This document shows, in pieces, positions 1 to 9,100 of a DNA stretch of 64,000 bases. The stretch's first letter is position 1. Each line of letters starts with the position of its first letter. The notes under the pieces were generated by a model. That model worked only from the letters and a program-made list of their open reading frames with translations, searched no databases and was not told the DNA's origin. A program made the position numbers and the translations under genes. This stretch comes from Christensenellaceae bacterium Phil10 (GTDB taxonomy: Bacteria > Bacillota > Clostridia > Christensenellales > CAG-917), in assembly GCA_001940895.1 (NCBI GenBank), contig MSGY01000011.1, positions 78,942 to 142,941 of the forward strand, given 5' to 3'.

Positions 1-544
1 AAACGATTGTATCCGGGATAAGGTCGGGTATGGGTTCGTGATGGTCGGTAATAACCACGTCTATTCCCATCGCCCGGATAATTTCGGTTTCTTTTTTCGA
101 CGTAACTCCGCAGTCGGCAGTAATAACAAGGTCGATGTTTTCTTTTTTCACGAAATCCGAAACGACTATATCGTGCAATCCGTAACCGTCGGAATGGCGA
201 TTTGGCACGTAATAGGAAACGTGCGTTATTTTTTTTGCAAGATACGAATACAGCATTGCAACGGCAGTAAGACCGTCGCAGTCATAGTCTCCGTAAACCA
301 GAACTCTTTCATCGTTTCTGACGGCTTGCGTTATTCTGTCCGCCGCTTCCCTCATCCCGCACAGCGAATACGGGTCGATAAGGTCGTCGGGCGACGGATT
401 GATAAACTTTGCGACCTTTTCGGGGGTGTCGATACCTCTTTCGGACAACAGCACGGCAAGGGGACGTCTTATACCGCATTCCCTTGCAAGCGCCTCCGCC
501 GCGTGTTCGTCGTATTCGTTTCTTAAAACACTTTTTACCGTCAT
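1..544 (-). CDS. recJ: Single-stranded-DNA-specific exonuclease RecJ, N-terminal part (gene continues beyond the left edge)
   Basis: Absent from the ORF track because it is truncated. My translation down from ATG 544..542 reads MTVKSVLRNEYDEHAAEALARECGIRRPLAVLLSERGIDTPEKVAKFINPSPDDLIDPY...VLVYGDYDCDGLTAVAM...NRHSDGYGL...LVITADCGVTS...VVITDHHEP. These are DHH-family RecJ motifs. The secDF-recJ order is conserved in Firmicutes. Confidence 0.85.
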   Translation of the reverse strand, partial: MTVKSVLRNEYDEHAAEALARECGIRRPLAVLLSERGIDTPEKVAKFINPSPDDLIDPYSLCGMREAADRITQAVRNDERVLVYGDYDCDGLTAVAMLYSYLAKKITHVSYYVPNRHSDGYGLHDIVVSDFVKKENIDLVITADCGVTSKKETEIIRAMGIDVVITDHHEPIPDLIPDTIV

Positions 545-560
545 TTCAATAAAAAAGTAT

Positions 561-588
561 AAAAAAACCCTCTTATCGAGGGTTTTTT
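561..588 (-). terminator. Rho-independent terminator after secF
   Basis: Stem ccctc (568-572) / gaggg (578-582), extended by the flanking A7 and T6 runs. Sits 5 nt after the secF stop and before the recJ start. Confidence 0.65.
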
Positions 589-592
589 AACA

Positions 593-1579
593 TTATTTCT
601 GTATTTTTGCCTGTTGTTTATACTTCGCGTATTTCTTGGCGCGCGTTCTGATTAACCCGTTCTGCATCGAAGCCCATATAGGAGCAACGAGGAACGTCGA
701 CGAATAGAAGCCGGCAACCAGACCGAAGAGAATAGGCAACGTGAAGTAACGCATCGTCACCACGCCGAGAGCGGTAAGCATAATTACCATTATCATCGTC
801 GTAATCGTCGTAAACAACGTACGGTTCAGAGTCTTAGCAACGGCTTCGTCGGCGACGAAATTGTAATCGACAGACTTCTTGTCAAAGCCTTTCTTAACCT
901 CTCGTATGCGGTCGAACACGACGATGGTATTGTTTATCGAATAGGCCACGATTGTGATTACCGCGGCGATAAAGCTGCTGTTAACGGGTATGCGACAAAT
1001 TACCGTAAGACATACCATAATCAAAACGTCGTGAATAAGACCGATAATCGCCGAAACGCCGCTGAGCCACTCGAATCTTATGATAATATAAACGAGAATG
1101 AGCAAAAGCGCGATTCCTACCGAAAGGAAAGTCTTTTTAATAAGGTCCTGACTTGCCGTTTTGCTGCGGTTGGTGTAATCGACCTTTACGCCGAATCTGC
1201 CTTCGAGGTCCAGTTTTACGGCGTCGTTGAGGTCCTTCATTTCCTCGGCGTTGTCAAGAGTATTCATGTACTGCGCGCGGATGCCGTTTTGTCCGCCGGT
1301 CGTTACGCCCTGCAAGTAGTCGATATTTGTAATGCCGTGATTGCGAAGCACTTCGCGGACGATTTTTTCGTTTTCCGCATTATCCGCAACCATAACCGTC
1401 ATTTCGGTACCGCCGGTAAAGTCGATACCGAGACCGAAGCCCGTTGCCGCGTCGTGTTTGGCGCCGATTACCGAAAATACGATAACGAACGTAAGAATTA
1501 TCACAACGGGAAGAATAAACAGGAAATGAAGCTTTCCGGAAATTTTAAGGTCAAGGAGTTTTTGTTGTAATTTATTCAT
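593..1579 (-). CDS. secF: Protein translocase subunit SecF
   Basis: 328-aa multi-pass membrane protein with SecF-type layout and the C-terminal TM block (NNTIVVFDRIRE). Lies 2 nt downstream of secD. Confidence 0.9.
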   Translation of the reverse strand: MNKLQQKLLDLKISGKLHFLFILPVVIILTFVIVFSVIGAKHDAATGFGLGIDFTGGTEMTVMVADNAENEKIVREVLRNHGITNIDYLQGVTTGGQNGIRAQYMNTLDNAEEMKDLNDAVKLDLEGRFGVKVDYTNRSKTASQDLIKKTFLSVGIALLLILVYIIIRFEWLSGVSAIIGLIHDVLIMVCLTVICRIPVNSSFIAAVITIVAYSINNTIVVFDRIREVKKGFDKKSVDYNFVADEAVAKTLNRTLFTTITTMIMVIMLTALGVVTMRYFTLPILFGLVAGFYSSTFLVAPIWASMQNGLIRTRAKKYAKYKQQAKIQK

Positions 1580-1581
1580 AA

Positions 1582-2967
1582 TTATTCGGCCTCCTTGTTT
1601 CTTTTAAGCATATAGAATTTGGGATTGTTCATATTGTCGAAAGCACCGAGAAGGCTTATGTTCATTCTCGTGATGAAGAGAGCCGTAAACATCGATACGA
1701 TAATCGAAATAAACAAAGTCACCGCAAATCCGACGATTGACGTACTGCCGAAAATCCACATAACGATTGCGCCGATAAGGGTGGTTACGTTACTGTCGAT
1801 AACGGCGACCGCCGCTTTTCTGAAACCGCGCGAGATGGGGCCGCCCTGGCTCGTAATCTTGCCGTCGCTGCCGCGCTGAGGTTTAAGGAAGAGGTCGTCG
1901 GTGCCGAGAAGACCCGAGCGGTATTCGTCTTTGATACGTTCGAATATGAGGATGTTTGCGTCAACCGCCATACCTATACCGATAATGATACCGGCAATAC
2001 CGGGCAACGTAAGCTGTACCCAGGGGAGTATCGCGCAGAGGAAAAGCACGAGTTCGGTATAAGCGATAAGCGCAAGGTCCGCCATAAGACCGAACATACC
2101 GTAAAACACAACCATAAATATCATAACGATAAGAAGTCCCACAAGACCTGCGATAAGACTGGAACGGATTGCCGTCGTGCCCAGCGTCGGGCTGAGAATG
2201 TTGGTTTCGCGCACCGTCATATCTACGCAGAACGTACCTGCCTGCAAACGGGTTGCCATATCGTAGGCTTCTTCGTAAGTATAACCTCCCGAAGTGCTGC
2301 CGCCCTGTTTGATTACGGCTTGTCCGTTGGAAATTTCCGAACTTACGGAAACGCTCATAAGTTTTTCGCCGTTGATATAAATATCGAGGTTACTGCCGAC
2401 GTTATCCTTGGTTGCGGTTGCAAAAGCCGTCGTGCCTTCTTTGTTGAACTGCAAAGAAATGACGTAAGTGCCGTTATTCTTTTCGGTATCGGCGGCTACT
2501 CCGACCTGCGACAGATGTTTGCTGCCGACGATATAGACGGTGTCGGCGTCGTCGCCCTTCGTTATTTTAAGGGACGCGGGACGTCCGATAAGGTCAAAGA
2601 CGCGTTCGGGGTCGTCGACGTCGGGAATTTCAACGGTGATGGTGGGGTTTGCGCCGGTAGCGTTGTAGGTTACCACCGATTCGGTGTAGCCTTTTGACGT
2701 AAGCAAGTCTTCCATACTCGATTTGACGCCGTCAAGACGCACGCGCATTTCGTCGGCGGTAAGGTCTTCCCCTTCGGGAGCCTTTACGTCGAATACCGCG
2801 GATACGCCGCCGGCAAGGTCAAGTCCCAGCTTTATAGAACGTGCATATCCCGTGTAGTCGTAAACCGAGTTGCCTATCTGAAACGTGGGTATGAAAGCGA
2901 ATACCGCACCCAGTATCAGAAGCACGCTGATAAACGTAAAAATCACAATCGATTTTTTCTTATTCAA
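1582..2967 (-). CDS. secD: Protein translocase subunit SecD
   Basis: 461 aa with an N-terminal TM, a large extracytoplasmic loop and a C-terminal TM block (GIAGIIIGIGMAVDANILIFERIKDE). TTG start lies 8 nt after GGAGG. Confidence 0.9.
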   Translation of the reverse strand: MNKKKSIVIFTFISVLLILGAVFAFIPTFQIGNSVYDYTGYARSIKLGLDLAGGVSAVFDVKAPEGEDLTADEMRVRLDGVKSSMEDLLTSKGYTESVVTYNATGANPTITVEIPDVDDPERVFDLIGRPASLKITKGDDADTVYIVGSKHLSQVGVAADTEKNNGTYVISLQFNKEGTTAFATATKDNVGSNLDIYINGEKLMSVSVSSEISNGQAVIKQGGSTSGGYTYEEAYDMATRLQAGTFCVDMTVRETNILSPTLGTTAIRSSLIAGLVGLLIVMIFMVVFYGMFGLMADLALIAYTELVLFLCAILPWVQLTLPGIAGIIIGIGMAVDANILIFERIKDEYRSGLLGTDDLFLKPQRGSDGKITSQGGPISRGFRKAAVAVIDSNVTTLIGAIVMWIFGSTSIVGFAVTLFISIIVSMFTALFITRMNISLLGAFDNMNNPKFYMLKRNKEAE

Positions 2968-3004
2968 AGGTCGTGGCCTCCTAATATAGTAAAGTTACTG
3001 AAAT

Positions 3005-3033
3005 ATTATATAATTTATTTTTCGTGTAGTCAA
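3005..3033 (-). promoter_or_regulatory. Sigma-A-type promoter for secDF
   Basis: Minus strand reads TTGACT (3033-3028), a 17-nt spacer, then TATAAT (3010-3005). It lies about 40 nt upstream of the secD RBS. Confidence 0.55.
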
Positions 3034-3080
3034 ACAAAATAGGAAAGTATTAAACGATTATCGGCCATATTTAACCGCAT

Positions 3081-3110
3081 AAAAAAGAAATCGGGGCAAA
3101 AACCCCGATT
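3081..3110 (-). terminator. Rho-independent terminator after the SCIFF maturase
   Basis: Stem aatcgggg (3089-3096) / ccccgatt (3103-3110). On the minus strand it is followed by a T6 run (3081-3086). Confidence 0.7.
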
Positions 3111-3123
3111 GCGTAACGCTTAT

Positions 3124-4482
3124 TCAGTCATTCCCGCCATGTTCGATACAGTATATCGCAAGACTGTCTTCAAGACGACGTCTCATCATTTTACAACTCA
3201 GCCCGTACGGTTTTTTAAGGTCTTTGTTGAAGTTATAACTGTTTGCCGCACAACCGCCGCTGCAATAATATTTTGCGGGACACTTATTGCATTCTTCCTT
3301 GGAATATACGTTTATACCAGCGAAAGTTTTTTGTATATTTCTGTCGAAAGTTCCCGACAAAACGTTTCCCATATAATACTTTCCGTCGCCTCCCGCAAAC
3401 TGATGGCAGGGATATATATCGCCCGTAGGAGTTACGGCAACGTATTCCTTTCCCGCGCCGCAACCCGTAAGTCGCTTCGCTACGCACGGACCGTTTTTAA
3501 GGTCAATCATAAAGTGGAAAAAGTTAAACCATTTTTCGCCCTTTCTGCGCTTTATATATTCCTCGGAAAGTTTGTCGTATTCCTCGTAAACCTTCTCAAG
3601 GTCGCTTTCGTGTATCGCGAGCGGACTCTCGTCGGGAAGTACGACGGGTTCAAGCGATATCTGGTCGAAACCTTCGTCGTTGAGCGTCAGTGCGTCAACC
3701 GAAAAATCGAGGTTGTTCTGTGTAAAAGTGCCTCGTATATAGTAGCGTTTGTCGCCGCGGACGGCGCGGAATTTTTTCGCGTTTTTAAGCGCTACGTCGT
3801 AACTGCCTTTTCCGTTCGGCGAAACGCGCAGTTTATCGTGCACTTCCTTGCGACCGTCGATACTGATAACGACGTTGTCCATTTCGGCGTTAAGATATTC
3901 GATAGCGGCGTCGTTTAAAAGCACGCCGTTCGTCGTAAGCGTAAATTTAATGTCTTTTCCTATGGATTTTGCTTTTTCCTTTCCGTATGCGACAATCTTT
4001 TTGACGTTATCAAAGTTCATCAGCGGTTCGCCGCCGAAAAAGTCGACTTCGAGGTTATGGCGATTTCCCGAGTTCTCAAACAGAAAATCGAGCGCGGCCT
4101 TTCCTACTTCGAACGACATATAGTCGCGCGGAGTATTGTACGTTCCGTCTTTTGCAAAACAATAGCTGCAACGCAGATTGCAATCGTGGCATATGTGAAG
4201 GCACATCGCCTTTATTTCGCCGCTAAAAGGCAAATCGACGCGCGTTTCGGGAGTATTCAGCAACCCTTCGCTTTCGAGTTTAAAAAGTTCTTCTTCTATT
4301 TCGCGCTTTTCGACGTCCGAAACCGCGTCGAACTTTTGTCTTTCCTCGTCGGTAAGTTCCCCGAATTTGTTTTTGCACACTAAAAAAGCAGCCTCGTCCA
4401 CGTTATGCAGACTGCCGCTTTCTACGTCCCACGCGAAAAACAAAGGCTTTCCCTCGTGGGTATAAGTAAAACAATGTACCAT
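3124..4482 (-). CDS. scfB: SCIFF radical SAM/SPASM maturase (ranthipeptide thioether synthase family)
   Basis: 452 aa. Radical-SAM cluster motif CNLRCSYC. C-terminal SPASM-type Cys clusters (CGAGKEYVAVTPTGDIYPCHQF, CNKCPAKYYCSGGCAANS). Start overlaps the SCIFF peptide stop (TAATG). Confidence 0.85.
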   Translation of the reverse strand: MVHCFTYTHEGKPLFFAWDVESGSLHNVDEAAFLVCKNKFGELTDEERQKFDAVSDVEKREIEEELFKLESEGLLNTPETRVDLPFSGEIKAMCLHICHDCNLRCSYCFAKDGTYNTPRDYMSFEVGKAALDFLFENSGNRHNLEVDFFGGEPLMNFDNVKKIVAYGKEKAKSIGKDIKFTLTTNGVLLNDAAIEYLNAEMDNVVISIDGRKEVHDKLRVSPNGKGSYDVALKNAKKFRAVRGDKRYYIRGTFTQNNLDFSVDALTLNDEGFDQISLEPVVLPDESPLAIHESDLEKVYEEYDKLSEEYIKRRKGEKWFNFFHFMIDLKNGPCVAKRLTGCGAGKEYVAVTPTGDIYPCHQFAGGDGKYYMGNVLSGTFDRNIQKTFAGINVYSKEECNKCPAKYYCSGGCAANSYNFNKDLKKPYGLSCKMMRRRLEDSLAIYCIEHGGND

Positions 4483-4652
4483 TATTTACTCTCTTTTTTG
4501 GTGTTTACTCTTTCTTCGCGCCGTGCGCAGCTCTGATTGCCTACCGTGCAACTTGTTTTGCAGGCGGATTGACAACTGCTGTTGCACTCTCCGCAACCGA
4601 TTTTGCCTTCTTTATGCAAGCAGGATTTAACAACCGTATTTACGTGTTTCAT
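4482..4652 (-). CDS. scfA: SCIFF (six-cysteine) ranthipeptide precursor
   Basis: Trimmed to ATG at 4652, which has GGAGG 5 nt upstream. The 56-aa peptide is MKHVNTVVKSCLHKEGKIGCGECNSSCQSACKTSCTVGNQSCARREERVNTKKESK. It carries the hallmark GCGECxxSCQSACKTSCTVGNQxC core. Confidence 0.85.
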   Translation of the reverse strand: MKHVNTVVKSCLHKEGKIGCGECNSSCQSACKTSCTVGNQSCARREERVNTKKESK

Positions 4653-4680
4653 AAAAGCCTCCGATAATTCAAAACTGAAA

Positions 4681-4709
4681 TTATTATACACTATCAGAAA
4701 TTATAAAGC
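4681..4709 (-). promoter_or_regulatory. Sigma-A-type promoter for scfA-scfB
   Basis: Minus strand reads TTGCTT (4709-4704), 17 nt, then TATAAT (4686-4681). It lies about 30 nt upstream of the scfA start. Confidence 0.5.
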
Positions 4710-4728
4710 AACTAAATTAACGCGACAG

Positions 4729-5112
4729 TTACTTTTTATCGAGTTCGTATCCTTTTTTTTCGCTTCTTCCGTACTGACGGTCAAAGTTTTCCTTGTTCTT
4801 TTTCATATAGCGTTCGTAAAGTTCTTTTGCGTCCATTCCGCTATGTATGCACGCCGCCGTAAAGAAATGAAGGATATCGACCAGTTCGTCCTTGACGTTG
4901 TCGTCGTTTACGGGTTTGGGATTTTTCCACCATTTGAAATTGACTTCCGCAAGCAATTCGGCAAGTTCGCTTACTATCGCAAGCACTTCTTTCTGTATCC
5001 ATTCCTCTTTCGAATATTCGAGATTACGGTTTTTTATAAGGTCGTTGTCGAACAGATTCTGCATATAAAAAATCCTTTCGAGCATCTCCATTTCTTCAAA
5101 CTGTTTTTCCAT
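4729..5112 (-). CDS. Dimeric dUTPase / MazG-like all-alpha nucleotide pyrophosphohydrolase family protein
   Basis: 127 aa, all-helical. The pattern EEWIQKEVLAIVSELAELLAE...WWK...DELVDILHFF resembles the dUTPase_2/MazG-like family. Assigned from memory of the family only. Confidence 0.55.
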   Translation of the reverse strand: MEKQFEEMEMLERIFYMQNLFDNDLIKNRNLEYSKEEWIQKEVLAIVSELAELLAEVNFKWWKNPKPVNDDNVKDELVDILHFFTAACIHSGMDAKELYERYMKKNKENFDRQYGRSEKKGYELDKK

Positions 5113-5138
5113 AGGTAATACCTCTTTTGCGCGTTTTT

Positions 5139-6401
5139 TTATTGATTTTTAAGAATATCCAAAAGATTTTTGTCAATTTTCGGACCCACGTAACCTACTG
5201 CCGCATTCTCTTTTTTGAAGTTGACGGCTATCGCTTCGGCGACGTCTGCCGAAGTCACCGCGTCGATATCGGCAACAAGCGCGTCGATATCGGCGAGTTC
5301 GCCCGTTCGCACCGCGTGCTTTCCGAGCAGATTCATTACTCCGACGCTGCTTTCAAGGCCGAATACAAGCCCGCTTTTTATCTGCGCTTTTCCACGGGAA
5401 AATTCCTCTTCCGTTATGCCGTTTTTCCTTACTTCGTCTATTTCGGAAGAAACCGCAACGAGAGCCTTTTCGACGTTTGCCACGTTCGTTCCGATATAAA
5501 TCATCGAATGTCCCGTGAATTCGTACGGCGACAGATAGGAATAAACCGAATACGCAAGACCCGAGCGCTCCCTGATATTCTGATATAATCTGCTGCTCAT
5601 GCCGTAACCGAATACCGAGTTGAATATTCTCGTTGCGTTGAAAAGCGGTTCGTCGTACGATACCGACGGGAAAAGAACGTTAACGTTGCCCTGTTCGATT
5701 TTTTTGAATTTTTTCACGTATACGCTTTGAGTAGCCGGAAACGGAATTTTATTTTTTCCGCAAACGGCGCTTCCGAATTTCAATGCGAATTTGTTTCCTA
5801 TTACGTCGTAGACTTTATCGAAGCAAACGTGCCCCGCAACCGATATTACGACGTTATCCGAAGTATAGCGTTCGCCTACGTATTTCAGAATATCGTCGCG
5901 CGAAAATCCGGAAACGTTGCTTTTTGTGCCCAGAATGGGACGGGAAAGAGCATGCCCTTTATAAAAGGCCGTGGTCGCGATTTCGTACGAAAGGTCGTCG
6001 GGAGTGTCGTTGCACATTGCGATTTCTTCAAGGATTACGCCCTTCTCCCTTTCGAGTTCCTCGTCGGGAAAAACGCTGTCGAAAAAGATGTCCGACAAAA
6101 TGTCGGCGCTTTTTTCAAAATCCGAATCGACGCATTGAATATAATAGCAGGTTGCGGTTTTGGACGTATAAGCGTTTATAGCCGCACCCATTCCGTCGGT
6201 TTCGGCAACTATATCGAATGCCGACCGTTTTTTCGTACCTTTGAACATCGTGTGCTCGACGAAATGCGATATTCCGTTGTTTTTCGCATTCTCGTTTACG
6301 CTTCCCGTTTTTACGAACACGCCGATAGCCGCGCTTCTGACGTCGGGCATCTCATAATATACGAGCGTCAGCCCGTTATTGTATTTAGTTATTTTTTTCA
6401 T
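5139..6401 (-). CDS. M16 family (pitrilysin/insulinase-like) zinc peptidase
   Basis: 420 aa with the inverted zinc motif HxxEH (GISHFVEHTMFKG). Adjacent to a polysaccharide deacetylase, as in the B. subtilis ylxY-mlpA pair. Confidence 0.85.
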   Translation of the reverse strand: MKKITKYNNGLTLVYYEMPDVRSAAIGVFVKTGSVNENAKNNGISHFVEHTMFKGTKKRSAFDIVAETDGMGAAINAYTSKTATCYYIQCVDSDFEKSADILSDIFFDSVFPDEELEREKGVILEEIAMCNDTPDDLSYEIATTAFYKGHALSRPILGTKSNVSGFSRDDILKYVGERYTSDNVVISVAGHVCFDKVYDVIGNKFALKFGSAVCGKNKIPFPATQSVYVKKFKKIEQGNVNVLFPSVSYDEPLFNATRIFNSVFGYGMSSRLYQNIRERSGLAYSVYSYLSPYEFTGHSMIYIGTNVANVEKALVAVSSEIDEVRKNGITEEEFSRGKAQIKSGLVFGLESSVGVMNLLGKHAVRTGELADIDALVADIDAVTSADVAEAIAVNFKKENAAVGYVGPKIDKNLLDILKNQ

Positions 6402-6454
6402 AGTTGATATTTTAACACAGGCGCGGATTTTTTACAAGAAAAACGACGCTCCGA

Positions 6455-7162
6455 TTATATAACTTCGCCAACCTTTGCCGCTTCGAGCCCCGAAGCCCTG
6501 ACGTATTTCAGAATTTTAGGCAACGCTTCGAGAGTATGCGCGGTTGGATGCATCAGAATAAGGTCTCCTGCGGCAAGATTTTTTACCGCTCTCGAAAAAG
6601 TTATCGACGAGTTTTTATCGCGCCAGTCGACGGTATCTCTCGTCCACATTATCACTTTGTATCCGTACTGCTCGCACACGGAGTGCATGACGTCGCCCAT
6701 ATCGCCCGACGGCGGCGCAAACAGTTTTGCGGGTTCGGTATCCGTAATCTCTCTTAAAAGATTTTCGGTAACGAGAATTTCCGTTTTGTTTTGCTCTTCG
6801 TTCAGATTTTTGTGATTTTTATGATTATAGCCGTGATTGCCCAGTTCGAAACCCATATCCGCAAGTTGTCTGACAATTCCGGGATTCTGCGCAGCCCAGC
6901 TCCCGCCTATGAAAAACGTCGTTTTAAACCCGTATTCGTTAAATATTTCCGCCATAGGCAAAACGTACTCCGTCCCCCAGTAAACGTTTATCATCAGACA
7001 AACCTTATTTTTATCCGAATTGCCCTTGTAAATGGGCGCATAGGTTTCTCTTTCCGTACGGACGCCGTAAAAACCGCCCGAAAACGACGCAACGAGAACG
7101 ACGGTAAGCATTACGACTATCGCCATATTTGCCCATAATTCATAAATCCGCTCTTTTTTCAT
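6455..7162 (-). CDS. Polysaccharide deacetylase (NodB homology domain), YlxY-like
   Basis: 235 aa with an N-terminal TM and NodB-type motifs (TFFIGGSW, LGNHGYNH, LMHP). Confidence 0.8.
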   Translation of the reverse strand: MKKERIYELWANMAIVVMLTVVLVASFSGGFYGVRTERETYAPIYKGNSDKNKVCLMINVYWGTEYVLPMAEIFNEYGFKTTFFIGGSWAAQNPGIVRQLADMGFELGNHGYNHKNHKNLNEEQNKTEILVTENLLREITDTEPAKLFAPPSGDMGDVMHSVCEQYGYKVIMWTRDTVDWRDKNSSITFSRAVKNLAAGDLILMHPTAHTLEALPKILKYVRASGLEAAKVGEVI

Positions 7163-7394
7163 ACTGAATTATATGAACCGAGTCCGCGGATAATGATTTA
7201 GGCTTTTATTCTTCAGAAACCAGAATATTCGCCGTTTTACGCAATTAACTGGGGTAGTCGGCAATCATACGAGAACGGCGTAAAACAAAAAATATCACGC
7301 TAAACGAATAAACGCCCGAAAAATCGGACGTTTAACGTAAATCGCATTAAAACGAAGTCGCTCCGACGCAAATACGTCGGCGCGTTTATTATAA

Positions 7395-7958
7395 TTATAC
7401 GCGGGACATATACTCGCCGGTACGCGTATCGACGCGGATAGTATCGCCCTGGTTTACGAAGAACGGCACCTGAATGACGTAACCCGTCTCAAGCGTTGCG
7501 GGCTTACTGCCGCCCGTTGCGGTATCGCCTTTTACGCCGGGCTCGCAGAAAGTGATTTCGAGTTCGACGAAGTTGGGCGCTTCGACGGATATGGGACTGC
7601 CGTTGAAGAACGCAATATTCGCGGTCATATTTTCCTTGATGAAGTTAAGAGTATCCCCGAGCAAATCCTTCATAATGGGAATTTGTTCGTAAGTTTCCTG
7701 GTCCATAAAGTAATAAAGCTCGCCGTCGTTGTAAAGATATTGCATTTCTTTACGTTCGATATGGGCAAGTTCGAACTTGTCGGTGGGGTTAAACGTGCGC
7801 TCGATAACGCCGCCGGTAAGAATATTTTTGATTTTAGTACGGACAAACGCCGCGCCTTTGCCGGGTTTGACGTGCTGGAAATCTACGATAAGGAAGATAT
7901 TGCTGCCGTCCTGAAAAGTAATGCCTTTTCTGAAATCGCCCGCTGTTACAAATGCCAT
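7395..7958 (-). CDS. efp: Elongation factor P
   Basis: 187 aa. [12 protein letters not shown]...[16 protein letters not shown] is the classic EF-P N-terminus. A strong RBS (AGGAGG) precedes the start. Confidence 0.95.
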   Translation of the reverse strand: MAFVTAGDFRKGITFQDGSNIFLIVDFQHVKPGKGAAFVRTKIKNILTGGVIERTFNPTDKFELAHIERKEMQYLYNDGELYYFMDQETYEQIPIMKDLLGDTLNFIKENMTANIAFFNGSPISVEAPNFVELEITFCEPGVKGDTATGGSKPATLETGYVIQVPFFVNQGDTIRVDTRTGEYMSRV

Positions 7959-7974
7959 AAGAACCTCCTGTATT

Positions 7975-9039
7975 TTACAAAATCAATAGTTTTTTATCGG
8001 TACGACTGATGACCGAACATCCGTCGTTTTCAACGAGAATAAGGTCTTCCACCCTGACGCCGTAAAGGCCTTCCATATATACGCCGGGTTCGACCGTGAT
8101 AATCATATTCTTTTTCAGCACGGTATCCCCTTTGGGATTTACGACGGGCGCTTCGTGAATTTCCACGCCTACCCCGTGACCGGTGCCGTGAAGAAAATAC
8201 TCTGCAAGACCTTCGGATTTAAGATAATCCCGCGACGCGTTATCGACGTCGCAACCTTTTACGCCCGCTTTTACCGCCGAAATGCCGCGCATATTCGCGT
8301 TGAGAACGGCGTCGTAAATTTTTCTGAAATCCGCGCCCGGGTCGCCGAAAGCGAACGTCCTCGTGATATCGCTGCAATAGCCCTTGTATTTGCAGCCGAA
8401 ATCTATGGTTACGGGCATCCCTTCGCGCAGGACCGTGTCGCCTGCGTGAGCGTGCGGCTTACTCGTATTCGCGCCGAATGCGACGATTGTGGTAAACGCA
8501 AGCCCGTCTGCGCCGAGTTTTCTCATCTGGTATTCGAGTTCGGACGAAACCTGACGTTCCGTAACGCCCGCTTTGATTTTTTTCAGTGTTTTCGCGAAAG
8601 CTCTGTCGTTAATCGAGGCGGCCTTTTTTATAAGCGAAATCTCGTCGCGCGTTTTTACGGAGCGCAATTCGTCGAGAGTCGCGTCGACAGGGACGAGTTT
8701 TATACCTTCGAATGCCTTCGACATTGCCGAATAATCGTTGAAAGTAGTGTATTTGCCCTCGAAACCCAACGTCTTTACGCCCGTCTTAATCATTATGCCG
8801 AAGATTTTTTCGTAAGCGTCGCGACTGTTGACGGTTATAACTTCGGCGCCGTCGCCGCAAGCCGCTTTCGATTCCTCGGTATATCTTGTATCCGTGAAAT
8901 AGAACGCGCCGGATTTCGTAAGAAGAACGTAAGCCGAATCGTTGGCGTATCCCGTCAGATAAAACGTGCCGGCCTCGGACGTAATAAGCGCCGCGTCGAC
9001 GTTTCTGAATTTTTTAAAAACCGTTTCCAAGTTTTTCAT
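7975..9039 (-). CDS. M24 family Xaa-Pro aminopeptidase/dipeptidase
   Basis: 354 aa with a creatinase-like N-domain and a pita-bread domain ([23 protein letters not shown]). The efp-pepP neighbourhood is conserved. Confidence 0.85.
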   Translation of the reverse strand: MKNLETVFKKFRNVDAALITSEAGTFYLTGYANDSAYVLLTKSGAFYFTDTRYTEESKAACGDGAEVITVNSRDAYEKIFGIMIKTGVKTLGFEGKYTTFNDYSAMSKAFEGIKLVPVDATLDELRSVKTRDEISLIKKAASINDRAFAKTLKKIKAGVTERQVSSELEYQMRKLGADGLAFTTIVAFGANTSKPHAHAGDTVLREGMPVTIDFGCKYKGYCSDITRTFAFGDPGADFRKIYDAVLNANMRGISAVKAGVKGCDVDNASRDYLKSEGLAEYFLHGTGHGVGVEIHEAPVVNPKGDTVLKKNMIITVEPGVYMEGLYGVRVEDLILVENDGCSVISRTDKKLLIL

Positions 9040-9100
9040 AAGTTATATTATACACAAGATAGTGTAGTTTGTAAAACGTTTCAACCGCAAAACAACGCCG

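Noticed and set aside
38-526. 162-aa plus-strand ORF at the left edge (and 399..590 +)
   Set aside because: It is the antisense shadow of the recJ N-terminus. The minus frame gives clear DHH/RecJ motifs. The plus ORF has no RBS and junk-like composition.
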